Shown here piece after piece: positions 1 through 8,117 of a DNA stretch of 64,000 bases (within the stretch, counting starts at the first letter, position 1; each line of letters begins with the position of its first letter). The DNA comes from Gemmatimonadota bacterium. Lineage in GTDB: Bacteria; Gemmatimonadota; Gemmatimonadetes; Gemmatimonadales; GWC2-71-9. The translations under genes were made by a program, and so were the position numbers. The stretch covers positions 15,521 to 79,520 of the forward strand of contig JBDHJM010000004.1 in assembly GCA_039586895.1 (NCBI GenBank). The letters run 5' to 3'. The notes under the pieces were generated by a model. The model ran no database searches. It worked only from the letters and a program-made list of their open reading frames with translations, and was not told the DNA's origin.

Positions 1-351
1 GCCGAGTACCGGCCCGCGGCGTTCGACGAGATGTCGCCCAGTCTGGTGCGGCGCTACGTGACCGGTTCGGATCCGCGCACGGTGGCGCCGGACGTGCGGT
101 CGCTGGTGCGGTTCCAGCGCCACGATCTGCTGCGGGAGCCGCCCCCGGATCCGCCCTACGATCTCATCATCTGCCGCAACGTGGTCATCTACTTCGACCG
201 GCCCACGCAAGAGCGGCTGTTCGAGAAGTTCGTGGGGGCGCTGGCTCCGGGCGGATACCTGGTGCTGGGCAAAGTCGAGTCGCTGGTGGGGGCGGCCAAG
301 AGCAAGCTGACGGTGGAGGACGCGCGCGAGCGCGTGTACCGGCTGCTGTGA
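1..351 (+). CDS. cheR: Chemotaxis protein methyltransferase CheR, C-terminal part (5' end outside window)
   Basis: Frame 1 is open from base 1. SAM-methyltransferase motifs DLIICRNVVIYF and APGGYLVLG. First gene in a cheR-cheD-cheB-cheW run. Confidence 0.85.
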   Translation, partial: AEYRPAAFDEMSPSLVRRYVTGSDPRTVAPDVRSLVRFQRHDLLREPPPDPPYDLIICRNVVIYFDRPTQERLFEKFVGALAPGGYLVLGKVESLVGAAKSKLTVEDARERVYRLL

Positions 352-842
352 CCGCGCGCCACAACGGAACGGTGGTCGGACTGGGCCAGAGCGCGGTGGC
401 GAGCGGGGAGGGCACGCTGATGGCGCTCGGCCTGGGGAGCTGCGTCGCGGTGATCCTGTACGATCCGGAGAGCCACGTTGGTGCGATGGGCCACGTGCTG
501 CTGCCCGCCCAGTCGTTGGCGCGCGCGGACAAGGGCCCGATCCGGGCCGCGGATACCGCGGTGCCGGTGCTCATTGCAGAGATGCAGGCGCACGGTGCCG
601 TGCTGCAGCGCACCGTGGCGAAGCTGGTCGGCGGCAGCACCATATTCGGTGACCTGCTCCCCACGGGCAGCGTGCACATAGGCGAACGCAACGTGCTGGC
701 CTGCCGCTCGGCCCTGCGCAAGGCCGGCATTCCGGTCGTGGCCGAGGCCGTGGGAGGGCGAGCGGGACGTTCGGTGTGGTTCGATCTGGCCAGCGGGCAG
801 GTCACTGTGCGGCAGTTCGGGCGGGACCCGATCACGGTATGA
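348..842 (+). CDS. cheD: Chemoreceptor glutamine deamidase CheD
   Basis: [11 protein letters not shown] ... GHVLLP motifs typical of CheD. GTG start overlaps the cheR stop (GTGA). Confidence 0.9.
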   Translation: MTARHNGTVVGLGQSAVASGEGTLMALGLGSCVAVILYDPESHVGAMGHVLLPAQSLARADKGPIRAADTAVPVLIAEMQAHGAVLQRTVAKLVGGSTIFGDLLPTGSVHIGERNVLACRSALRKAGIPVVAEAVGGRAGRSVWFDLASGQVTVRQFGRDPITV

Positions 843-846
843 CCGG

Positions 847-1920
847 ATGACCCCGGCGCCCGCCACGGTGCTCGTCGTGGACGACAGCGCCCTGATGAGG
901 CGCGTGCTGTCGGACATCATCCAGCGCTCGGGGCGGTTCCGCGTCGTGGGCACGGCGCGCGACGGGCTCGATGCGGCCGAGAAGGTGCACCGGCTGGAGC
1001 CGGATCTCGTGACGATGGACATCGAGATGCCCAATCTCGATGGACTGGGCGCGATCGGGTACATCATGAGCGAGGCGCCGCTTCCCATCGTGGTGGTGAG
1101 CGCCTACGCCGGTCCGGGTACCGAAGCAGCGATCCGCGCGCTCGAGCTGGGCGCGGTGGAGATCGTTGCCAAACCGAAGGACTCCACGCGCGGCGCCATG
1201 GAAATGCTGCAGCCCGCGCTGGAAGGCGCGCTCGAAAAGGCGCAACAGGCGGACCTCACCAGCGTGCCGATCCTGGCACGCGAGCCGGAGCCGCTGCCGC
1301 GTGCGCGGATCTCGGGCGGCTGGGTCAAGGACCGGGCGCATTTCGCGGTTGCGATTGCGGCGAGCACCGGGGGACCGCGGGCTCTGGCAGAGGTCGTGCC
1401 GCACATTCCGACCGGCGCGGACACCGCCGTGGTGGTGGTGCAGCACATGCCGCCTCACTTCACGCGCAGCCTGGCCGAGCGGCTCGACACGTCCAGTCAC
1501 GTGCGTGTGGTCGAGGCCGGCGACGGCACGCCCCTGCTCGCCGACACGGCCTACGTGGCGCCGGGCGATTTCCACATGCGGGTCGAGTCGGGGGACGACG
1601 GACCGGAGCTCCGTCTGAGCCAGGATCAGCCGGTGTGGGGCGTGCGTCCCGCCGCCGATCCCCTGTTCAAGTCGGTGGCGAGGCTGTTCGGAGACCGGTC
1701 GCTGGGCGTGGTGCTGACCGGGATGGGACGAGACGGCGCCGAGGGCCTGCGGGCAATCCGCGACGCGGGCGGAGGCGGCATCGCGCAGGACGAGGGCACG
1801 TCGGTCATCTTCGGAATGCCGCAGGCCGCGATCGATGCGGGAGGAGCCGAGGAGGTCGTGTCGCTGGAGCACATCGGCGGCCGCATCGCGGCCCGAATGG
1901 AGGGGCGCCCGCAGAAATGA
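847..1920 (+). CDS. cheB: Chemotaxis response regulator protein-glutamate methylesterase CheB
   Basis: N-terminal receiver domain ([21 protein letters not shown]) followed by an esterase domain ([22 protein letters not shown]). Confidence 0.93.
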   Translation: MTPAPATVLVVDDSALMRRVLSDIIQRSGRFRVVGTARDGLDAAEKVHRLEPDLVTMDIEMPNLDGLGAIGYIMSEAPLPIVVVSAYAGPGTEAAIRALELGAVEIVAKPKDSTRGAMEMLQPALEGALEKAQQADLTSVPILAREPEPLPRARISGGWVKDRAHFAVAIAASTGGPRALAEVVPHIPTGADTAVVVVQHMPPHFTRSLAERLDTSSHVRVVEAGDGTPLLADTAYVAPGDFHMRVESGDDGPELRLSQDQPVWGVRPAADPLFKSVARLFGDRSLGVVLTGMGRDGAEGLRAIRDAGGGGIAQDEGTSVIFGMPQAAIDAGGAEEVVSLEHIGGRIAARMEGRPQK

Positions 1921-2345
1921 AGGGCTATCTTTTGGTCGAAGCGGGCGGCACGCGGTATGGGCTGCGGCTGGCCGATGTGCGGCAGGTGCTCGACCTCGAG
2001 ACCGTTTACCCGGCTCCCGGCAGCCACCCCGCCATGCTGGGAGTCATCAGAGTGGGGGGACGGTTCTGTCCACTGGTGCACCTCGCGGCGCTGATAGAGC
2101 GGGGCCGCGGCGCCGACGAGAAGCTCGAGACGGGGGTGGTCGCGCGCTGCGGCGAACAGCTCGTTGTGCTGGCCGTGGACGATGCCGACACGGTGGTGCG
2201 TGAGGAACCCGAGCCGGTGCCCGACGGGTGGGAGCTGCACTGGGCCGGGGGTGTTGCGCACCGGGAAGGGGGGCTGGTCCCGGTCCTCGACATGGACGTT
2301 TTGGCGGAGCGACTCGTGTCCGTGAGCGCAGACGAGCAGCGATGA
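1917..2345 (+). CDS. cheW: CheW-like coupling protein (copy 1)
   Basis: ATG at 1917 is in frame within ORF 1635..2345 and overlaps the cheB stop (ATGA). CheW-like fold sequence: [12 protein letters not shown] ... [15 protein letters not shown]. Confidence 0.82.
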   Translation: MKGYLLVEAGGTRYGLRLADVRQVLDLETVYPAPGSHPAMLGVIRVGGRFCPLVHLAALIERGRGADEKLETGVVARCGEQLVVLAVDDADTVVREEPEPVPDGWELHWAGGVAHREGGLVPVLDMDVLAERLVSVSADEQR

Positions 2346-2818
2346 GTACAGGCGACGAGATTCAGCTGGTCACATTCCGGCTGGGCGGCCACGACTTCGC
2401 CGTGAACATCTTCCAGGTGGAGCGTGTGCTCCGCTACGAAGAGCCCTCACCTCTCCCCAAGGCGCCCGATTACCTGGAGGGCGTGGTGCCGTACGGCGAG
2501 GCGGTTGTACCGGTCGTGGATTTGCGCAAGCGGACCGGTGCGGAAGCTCCGGTGCGTGACGAGACCCGCATCATGATCCTGGAGGTCGAGAACGAGCGGA
2601 TCGGCGTCGTGGTGGATGCGGTGCTTGAGGTGCTCAAGGTGGCGGCCGAGCGCGTCGCTCCACCGCCCAAGATCGTGCAGGGGCTGGCGGCGAAGTACAT
2701 AAGCGGAGTGGTCACGCTGGACACGCGTACCGTGGTGGTGCTCGCGGCCGGCAAGCTGCTTTCTTCCAAAGAGCGCCTGGCCCTGGATCAGCTGAAGTTG
2801 GAGGCAGCACATGAGTGA
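2342..2818 (+). CDS. cheW: CheW-like coupling protein (copy 2)
   Basis: ATG at 2342 overlaps the previous stop (ATGA). Sequence FRLGGHDFAVNIFQVERVL ... GVVPYGEAVVPVVDLRKR is typical of CheW. Confidence 0.87.
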   Translation: MSTGDEIQLVTFRLGGHDFAVNIFQVERVLRYEEPSPLPKAPDYLEGVVPYGEAVVPVVDLRKRTGAEAPVRDETRIMILEVENERIGVVVDAVLEVLKVAAERVAPPPKIVQGLAAKYISGVVTLDTRTVVVLAAGKLLSSKERLALDQLKLEAAHE

Positions 2819-3668
2819 CTCGATGATCACGTCGCTAAGGGCGCAGTACGACGAGATCATGCGCCGCCTCGACTCCGAGCAGGAAGAACGGCAGCGCGAG
2901 CAGCTCAAGCGTGACATCATCGGGCTGTTCAAGACGGTGGATCAGACGATCTCGGACCTGAGCGCGCTGAAGGAAGACATTCGCGTACTGGTGGACCGGT
3001 ACAAGCAGCTCGCGGCGAGTGAAAGCGGTGACACCGCCCCGCAGTTCACCGGCGCGGTCCCCGTCATGCAGGACCACCTCGGTGCCTCCACGTTCATCGA
3101 GAAGGGCTGGAGCCTCATATCGCTGGGTGACTACGGCGGCGCCATCCAGTCGCTGGGCAAGGCCATCGACCTGTCGCCCAACGACGTGCAGGCCCAGTCG
3201 CTGATGGGCTGGGCCCAGATGCTGAACCAGCAGTACGACGAGGCTCTGGGGACGTTCCAGATGGTGCTGATGAAGGAGCCGGCCAACTCCCTGGCCCGCA
3301 TAAACGTGGGCTACATCTGCCTCAAGAAGCGCATCTTCGGTGAGGCCATCGAGCATCTCTCCAAGGCGATCCGGCTCGACAACGACAAGAAGGCTACGCT
3401 GTACGCGCATTACTACCTCGGCCTCGTGTACCAGGAACGCGAGATGTACGAGGACGCGCAGACGTTCTTCTTAAAAACGCTGAAGCTCGGCCCAAACCTC
3501 ATCGAGGCTTACTTCGAGCTCGGCATGTCGCAGTGGTTCGCCGGCGAAAAAGAGACGGCCCAGCAGACGTGGCAGCAGGGGTTCGATGCCAACAAGTTCA
3601 ACCCCTGGGGCAAGCGCTGCAAGGAGACCCTGGACCTGGTCGCGCAGGGCCAGGAGCCGCTACGCTAG
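2811..3668 (+). CDS. Coiled-coil plus tetratricopeptide-repeat (TPR) protein
   Basis: 285-aa ORF with an 8-nt overlap on the cheW stop. N-terminal heptad-like region, then TPR-like repeats (GDYGGAIQSLGKAIDLSPND, QQYDEALGTFQMVLMKEPAN, AHYYLGLVYQEREMYEDAQTFFLKTLKLGPN). Confidence 0.75.
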   Translation: MSDSMITSLRAQYDEIMRRLDSEQEERQREQLKRDIIGLFKTVDQTISDLSALKEDIRVLVDRYKQLAASESGDTAPQFTGAVPVMQDHLGASTFIEKGWSLISLGDYGGAIQSLGKAIDLSPNDVQAQSLMGWAQMLNQQYDEALGTFQMVLMKEPANSLARINVGYICLKKRIFGEAIEHLSKAIRLDNDKKATLYAHYYLGLVYQEREMYEDAQTFFLKTLKLGPNLIEAYFELGMSQWFAGEKETAQQTWQQGFDANKFNPWGKRCKETLDLVAQGQEPLR

Positions 3669-3709
3669 CCGCCATTCTGCTGCTGCTCGTCCAGGCGCCC
3701 GAGCCGTCC

Positions 3710-4525
3710 ATGGTGCGCGTGGGCCGCGTCACCGTCCTCTACTGGTCCGGTGGGGCGGCAGCAGTCCAACTGGGTGAGTTCGCCGATCGTGAGGGCCCGT
3801 GGCCAGGCATTCCCGATCCCCCGAATCAGCCGATAAGGATCGTACTCGCGACCAGCGACGCTCAGTTCGACTCCCTCACGCGCGGACGGATACCCGAATG
3901 GGGGGCGGCCGCGGCGTTCCCCGCGTCGCGCACCATCGTGCTCAAGCTCGGGCCGAACCACCGCACCACCCTGCGCCACGAGCTGGCGCACCTCGCCCTG
4001 CACAGCGTGGTGCGGCGTGTTCCCCGCTGGTTCGACGAGGGATACGCGACCCACGCGGCAGGAGAGTGGGACGAGGGAAGGGCGCTGCAGGTCAACTGGA
4101 TCGTGCTGCGCGGTGTGGTGCCTTCTTTAGAGGAGCTGGACCGCTACATGAGGCAGGGCGGGGCGCTGGAGGCCGGGGCATCCTACGCCCTGGCAGCTAC
4201 GGCCGTGCGCCTGCTGGAGCGGCTCGGTGGGGAGCGCGGGCTCGAGCCGCTGATCGCGGCGCTGCGGGGCAGCGGTGACTTCGACCTCGCGCTCAGGGCC
4301 ACGCACCAGATCACGCTGGGGCAGTTCGAGGATATGTGGCGGCGGGACCTGCGCCGCCGCTACGGCTGGCTCCTCATTTTCAGCTCCGTGACGGTGTTCT
4401 GGGCCCTCGCAGGACTGCTTCTCGTAGCCCTCTGGGCGCGCCGCCGCCGGCACGACGAGGAACGCCGTAAAGCACTGGAGGATGGGTGGTTCGTGCCCGA
4501 AGAGGAGTGGAACCCGAATGCTTGA
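3710..4525 (+). CDS. Membrane-anchored MA-clan zinc metallopeptidase-like protein (Peptidase_MA_2-like)
   Basis: HExxH (RHELAHLALH) with a downstream WFDEGYA Glu. C-terminal TM helix (WLLIFSSVTVFWALAGLLLVALW) followed by basic residues. The start is uncertain: ATG 3710 was chosen, and the upstream in-frame part overlaps the TPR gene. Confidence 0.6.
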   Translation: MVRVGRVTVLYWSGGAAAVQLGEFADREGPWPGIPDPPNQPIRIVLATSDAQFDSLTRGRIPEWGAAAAFPASRTIVLKLGPNHRTTLRHELAHLALHSVVRRVPRWFDEGYATHAAGEWDEGRALQVNWIVLRGVVPSLEELDRYMRQGGALEAGASYALAATAVRLLERLGGERGLEPLIAALRGSGDFDLALRATHQITLGQFEDMWRRDLRRRYGWLLIFSSVTVFWALAGLLLVALWARRRRHDEERRKALEDGWFVPEEEWNPNA

Positions 4526-4550
4526 CTGGCCCGGAACCTGGGATTAGCCT
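4522..4550 (+). promoter_or_regulatory. Candidate sigma70-type promoter (TTGACT-17 nt-TAGCCT) for the small membrane protein / tRNA-Val unit
   Basis: The -35 is at 4522-4527 and the -10 at 4545-4550. The -10 ends 2 nt before GTG 4553 and 8 nt before ATG 4559. Confidence 0.35.
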
Positions 4551-4552
4551 GA

Positions 4553-4744
4553 GTGTCTATGTTAAATAGAGAGGGGTCGCCCGCGCGGCTGCGGTTCCGC
4601 AGGAGGAACGTCATCCTCCTCACCGCCGCTGTGGCATCGCTGGGCTTTGGCTACTTGCTGCTGGCTCAGGGATCGACCACGCTCGCCCCGATACTGCTGG
4701 TATTGGGCTACTGCGTGCTGTTCCCGCTGGGGCTGGCGCTGTGA
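4553..4744 (+). CDS. Small two-TM membrane protein (DUF3098-like pattern)
   Basis: 63-aa ORF (61 aa if ATG 4559 is used). Basic N-terminus (RLRFRRRN), then two hydrophobic helices (ILLTAAVASLGFGYLLLA, LAPILLVLGYCVLFPLGLAL). Confidence 0.45.
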   Translation: MSMLNREGSPARLRFRRRNVILLTAAVASLGFGYLLLAQGSTTLAPILLVLGYCVLFPLGLAL

Positions 4745-4757
4745 GCGACCGGCGCAC

Positions 4758-4831
4758 GGGCGAATAGCTCAGGGGTCCAGAGCGCCTGCCTTACAAGCAG
4801 GAAGTCGGGGGTTCGAATCCCTCTTCGCCCA
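4758..4831 (+). tRNA. tRNA-Val (anticodon TAC)
   Basis: Hand-folded cloverleaf. Acceptor GGGCGAA/TTCGCCC, D arm GCTC/GAGC, anticodon stem CCTGC/GCAGG with loop CTTACAA, T arm GGGGG-TTCGAAT-CCCTC, discriminator A. CCA is not encoded. Confidence 0.9.
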
Positions 4832-4848
4832 TCCGACATCGAAATGCG

Positions 4849-4868
4849 CTCGGGCACCAGGGCCCGAG
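4849..4868 (+). terminator. Hairpin after tRNA-Val (CTCGGGC-ACCAGG-GCCCGAG), no U tract
   Basis: 7-bp perfect stem read directly from the sequence, with no T run after it. It may be a processing or weak termination element. Confidence 0.3.
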
Positions 4869-4882
4869 ACTCTCAACGGAGG

Positions 4883-6727
4883 ATGACAGCGGTGCGGTGG
4901 AATAGAACGATTACGACGACTGCGTTCGGGGCAATCGCCCTGGCCACAGCGCTTGCGGTGGTTCCGAGCAGCGCGGATGCGCAGCTCGCGCGGAGGCGCG
5001 CCACAGAGCGCCTGCTGTTCATGATTCCCCAGTCTCAGGGTGAGGGCGACCAGGAGTTCGTGGTGGAGGTCGCCAGTGAGACGCGCGACGAGCTGATTTC
5101 GCGACTGCGGGGCCAGATCATCACGATCACCAGCGAGGACATCTGCCGGGTGCTCGAGGAGTCGGCCTACCAGTGTGACGTGTCGCTCAACCCGGCCGAT
5201 GCTGAGCGCCTGGCCCAGGCCATGCGCTCCGACGCATACGTCATCGGCTGGATGTGGCGCCAGGAAGAAGACGCACCCGCGCTGCGCATGCGGATGGTTG
5301 ATGTGCGGCGGCGCACCGGCCTCTCCGGATGGACCACCGTGGAGTCGGGCACCAACGTGGGCGCCGTTGACTTTGCGCAGCTGGTGGTCGATTCGCTCGA
5401 GCATCAGATGGAAGCCGCCAACTGGGCGCGGGAGTGCGCCGAGAAGCGCGACCGGGGCGACTTCGATGACGCCATGGAAAGGGCGCAGCGGGCGTTTGCG
5501 ATCTACCAGAATCACCCGTCCGCGGCGATGTGCGCCGAGGTCGTGTCGGAGGTGATGGGCGAGCCGTTGGAGAACCAGATTGCCTACCTGCTCCGGGCGG
5601 TCCGCGGGGATTCGCTGCTGGACCGCGCCTGGGAGCGCCTCGGGCGGCTGTACCGACAGCAGGGCGACTCGGTGGCCGCGCTCGCGGCGTTCGCCAACCA
5701 AAGCCGCGCCAAGCCCAACGACCGCCAGCTCCGCATGGGCGTGATCGCGGGCGCGATCACGACGGCCCAGTTCGATGTGGGCCGCGAGCTGGCGGACGAG
5801 TGGCTGGAGGCCAATCCCGCGGATCTGGAGATGCTGCAGCTCAAGGCCCGGGCCTGTGTTGAGGGCGGACTGTGGGAGTGCGCGCTCGACGCGCTCACCG
5901 CGCAGTACGATATCGACAGCTCCCTGGTGGGCGACTCGGTCTTCTACCAGCAGATCATCGGTGCGGCTCAGTCACTCGGCAACACGACGGCCCAGCTGGA
6001 GTGGTCGGGTGAAGCAGTGCTCCAGGTACCGGAGTCGCGTTCGCTGCTGCGGGCCCACGCCACCGCACTGGTTACCGAGGCCAGCACCGCCAGCGCCGTG
6101 GCGGAGGTGGAAACGGACCGGAACCGCGCCGACTCGCTCGCGGCCGCGGCACGCGTATACAACGACTCGGCCGCCACGGTGTACGAGCTGCTGCTCTCGA
6201 TGGACCCGACGGATGTGCGCAGCGCGCTCGCCGGCGCCCGTGTCATGCTCGAGAGCATGGTGATCGACACCCTGACACCGCTCGACACCGCCCGGCTGAT
6301 GCGCGGCGGCGCGTTCCTCGACGCCGCCATCCAGGCCGCGCCGCAGGACACATCCGTGCTGATGAACGCGGCCGTTATGTATTACCAGAAGGGATCGGCT
6401 CTGGTGCAGACGCGGCAGGTGTTCGACACGGCCGTGGACTGGCTCGAGCGGGCGGTCCAATACGACGTGCTGGGCCGGCTCACGACGCAGAGCAACTTCT
6501 TCCTCGGACTGGGCTTGATGTTCAAGGTGTTCGAGTTCGATCCGATGGTCACCGAGTCGGAGTCCTGCGAGCTGGTGGAGGAGGAGGCGCGGATGATCGC
6601 TCGGGGCAAGCAGGCCATGACCATCGGCGCCGAGCTGTCACCCGGGACGGCCGAGCAGATTCTGGGGCGGTTCCAGACCATGGAGGACCGCATTCCGAAC
6701 CTGCGTCAGGCCTATGAGTGTCCATAG
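4883..6727 (+). CDS. Secreted TPR-like / helical-repeat protein of unknown function
   Basis: Signal peptide (TTTAFGAIALATALAVVPSSADAQ) followed by long alpha-helical repeat-like sequence. ATG 4883 abuts GGAGG; GTG 4892 has better SD spacing. ATG 4844 was rejected because it lies inside the hairpin. Confidence 0.6.
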   Translation: MTAVRWNRTITTTAFGAIALATALAVVPSSADAQLARRRATERLLFMIPQSQGEGDQEFVVEVASETRDELISRLRGQIITITSEDICRVLEESAYQCDVSLNPADAERLAQAMRSDAYVIGWMWRQEEDAPALRMRMVDVRRRTGLSGWTTVESGTNVGAVDFAQLVVDSLEHQMEAANWARECAEKRDRGDFDDAMERAQRAFAIYQNHPSAAMCAEVVSEVMGEPLENQIAYLLRAVRGDSLLDRAWERLGRLYRQQGDSVAALAAFANQSRAKPNDRQLRMGVIAGAITTAQFDVGRELADEWLEANPADLEMLQLKARACVEGGLWECALDALTAQYDIDSSLVGDSVFYQQIIGAAQSLGNTTAQLEWSGEAVLQVPESRSLLRAHATALVTEASTASAVAEVETDRNRADSLAAAARVYNDSAATVYELLLSMDPTDVRSALAGARVMLESMVIDTLTPLDTARLMRGGAFLDAAIQAAPQDTSVLMNAAVMYYQKGSALVQTRQVFDTAVDWLERAVQYDVLGRLTTQSNFFLGLGLMFKVFEFDPMVTESESCELVEEEARMIARGKQAMTIGAELSPGTAEQILGRFQTMEDRIPNLRQAYECP

Positions 6728-6736
6728 AGGGAGCGC

Positions 6737-6765
6737 TTGAATTCGAGCCCCGGCTCGTCTACATT
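6737..6765 (+). promoter_or_regulatory. Candidate sigma70-type promoter for tRNA-Asp (TTGAAT-17 nt-TACATT)
   Basis: The -35 is at 6737-6742 and the -10 at 6760-6765. tRNA-Asp starts at 6784. Confidence 0.45.
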
Positions 6766-6783
6766 GCCACGCCGTCACGATTC

Positions 6784-6858
6784 GGGGCTGTAGCTCAGTT
6801 TGGTTAGAGTGCCGGTCTGTCACACCGGAGGCCGCGGGTTCAAGTCCCGTCAGCCCCG
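6784..6858 (+). tRNA. tRNA-Asp (anticodon GTC)
   Basis: Acceptor GGGGCTG/CAGCCCC, anticodon stem CCGGT/ACCGG with loop CTGTCAC, T arm GCGGG-TTCAAGT-CCCGT, discriminator G. Confidence 0.9.
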
Positions 6859-6887
6859 CTGGAATCAAGGGACGAGCAGTGAGTCCC

Positions 6888-6922
6888 GGCCCCGCGCGCT
6901 TCGGCCGCGGGGCCGTTGTTTT
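6888..6922 (+). terminator. Rho-independent terminator-like hairpin after tRNA-Asp
   Basis: GGCCCCGCG / CGCGGGGCC stem extended to a TTCG tetraloop, followed by GTTGTTTT. It ends 12 nt before the rsmH ATG. Confidence 0.6.
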
Positions 6923-6934
6923 ACCCCTGTGAAC

Positions 6935-7843
6935 ATGACTGCCCGCCACGAGCCCGTGCTCGCCGACGCCGTCGCCCGCCTCGCGGCGGGATGCGCCCGC
7001 GCAGTGGACGCTACCGTGGGGAGCGCGGGGCATGCTGCCCGCCTCGCCGAGGCCGGCGCCGAGCTGCTGGCGGCCGACCGCGACCCGGACGCCCTGGAGC
7101 GGGCACGGGGCCGCCTCGGAAGCGAGGGGGTCGAGTGGGTGCAGGGGAGCTTCGGATCCGAGGCGGTGCTGGGCGCCGTGAGCCGCTTCCGGCCCGACTT
7201 CGTGCTCCTCGATCTGGGCGTCTCCTCCGAGCAGCTCGACTCGGACTCGCGCGGATTCTCGTTCCGCTCCGGCGTGCCCCTCGACATGCGCATGGAGGCA
7301 TCGGGCGCCACGGCTGCCGACCTGCTCAACCGGGAGCCCGAGGCGGAGCTGGCCCACCTTTTCGCGGCCTTCGGCGACGAACCGCAGGCCCGCCGCCTCG
7401 CCTCCGAGCTGGTGCGGCGCCGCCACAGGCACCCCTTTGCGGTGAGCGACGACCTGGTGAACGCAATCCGTGCCGTGAAGGGGCCGCGGGCGGGCCCTCC
7501 CGTGTTCGCGCGCCTGTTCCAGGCGGTGCGGATCGCATTAAACCACGAGCTGGACGAGCTCGCCGCGGCGCTGCCCGCCCTGCGCGACGCCCTGCTCCCC
7601 GGCGGCCGGCTGGCCGTGATTAGCTATCATTCCGGGGAGGATCGGATCGTCAAGCACTGCTTCAAGGAGTGGGCCCGATCGTGCGTCTGTCCGCCGCGCC
7701 AGCCGGTGTGCACCTGCCGGGGACGTCCGCTCGGGTCGGTGGACCCCCGCAAGCCGATTCTCCCGTCGGAGGACGAGATTGCGGCCAACCCCCGCGCGCG
7801 CAGCGCAAAGCTGAGAGGGTTCCGCACTGATGGCGAGCCCTAG
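6935..7843 (+). CDS. rsmH: 16S rRNA (cytosine1402-N4)-methyltransferase RsmH (MraW)
   Basis: HEPVL ... DATVGSAGH ... LLDLGVSS.QLD ... RGFSF ... ISYHSGEDRIVK motifs. First gene of the dcw cluster. ATG 6935 lies in frame within ORF 6800..7843, which otherwise overlaps the tRNA. Confidence 0.92.
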   Translation: MTARHEPVLADAVARLAAGCARAVDATVGSAGHAARLAEAGAELLAADRDPDALERARGRLGSEGVEWVQGSFGSEAVLGAVSRFRPDFVLLDLGVSSEQLDSDSRGFSFRSGVPLDMRMEASGATAADLLNREPEAELAHLFAAFGDEPQARRLASELVRRRHRHPFAVSDDLVNAIRAVKGPRAGPPVFARLFQAVRIALNHELDELAAALPALRDALLPGGRLAVISYHSGEDRIVKHCFKEWARSCVCPPRQPVCTCRGRPLGSVDPRKPILPSEDEIAANPRARSAKLRGFRTDGEP

Positions 7844-8114
7844 AGGGAGGGTCTGGGTGGCGCTCTGGCTGCTGTTCGTGCTCGCGGTGCTGGTCTGGGT
7901 CGTGGCGCGGCAGACGTCGGCGGTCGTGACCGGTGCCGAGCTCGATTCCCTGCGCAACCATCGCTCGCTGCTCGAGGCTCGCCGGGCCGAGCTGCTGCGC
8001 CGCATCCGCCAGGCGGAGAGCAGGACCGTGCTGATTCCGCGCGCGGAGTCGCTCGGGCTGCGGCTGCCCGCCGACAGCGAGATCGTGATTCTCTCGACCC
8101 CCGGGGAGCGCTAG
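7830..8114 (+). CDS. ftsL: Cell division protein FtsL-like
   Basis: 94 aa with a single TM helix (VWVALWLLFVLAVLVWVV), then a coiled-coil region. Canonical position between rsmH and ftsI. Confidence 0.7.
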   Translation: MASPRGRVWVALWLLFVLAVLVWVVARQTSAVVTGAELDSLRNHRSLLEARRAELLRRIRQAESRTVLIPRAESLGLRLPADSEIVILSTPGER

Positions 8115-8117
8115 GTC

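Noticed and set aside
3533-3709. Longer N-terminus for the MA-type peptidase (ATG 3533)
   Set aside because: It would overlap the TPR gene by 136 nt, and the translated segment is Gly/Pro/Ala-rich. However, the hydrophobic AATLAAILLLLVQA stretch just upstream of ATG 3710 leaves some doubt about the true start.
4526-4543. Sigma54-like motif TGGCCCGGAACCTGGGA
   Set aside because: The -24 GG is present but the -12 element reads TGG instead of TGC. The same DNA fits a sigma70 TTGACT-17-TAGCCT layout better.
4758-6858. tRNA-flanked segment as a genomic island or integrative element
   Set aside because: There is no integrase, no recombinase, no visible duplicated tRNA 3' end, and no obvious compositional break.
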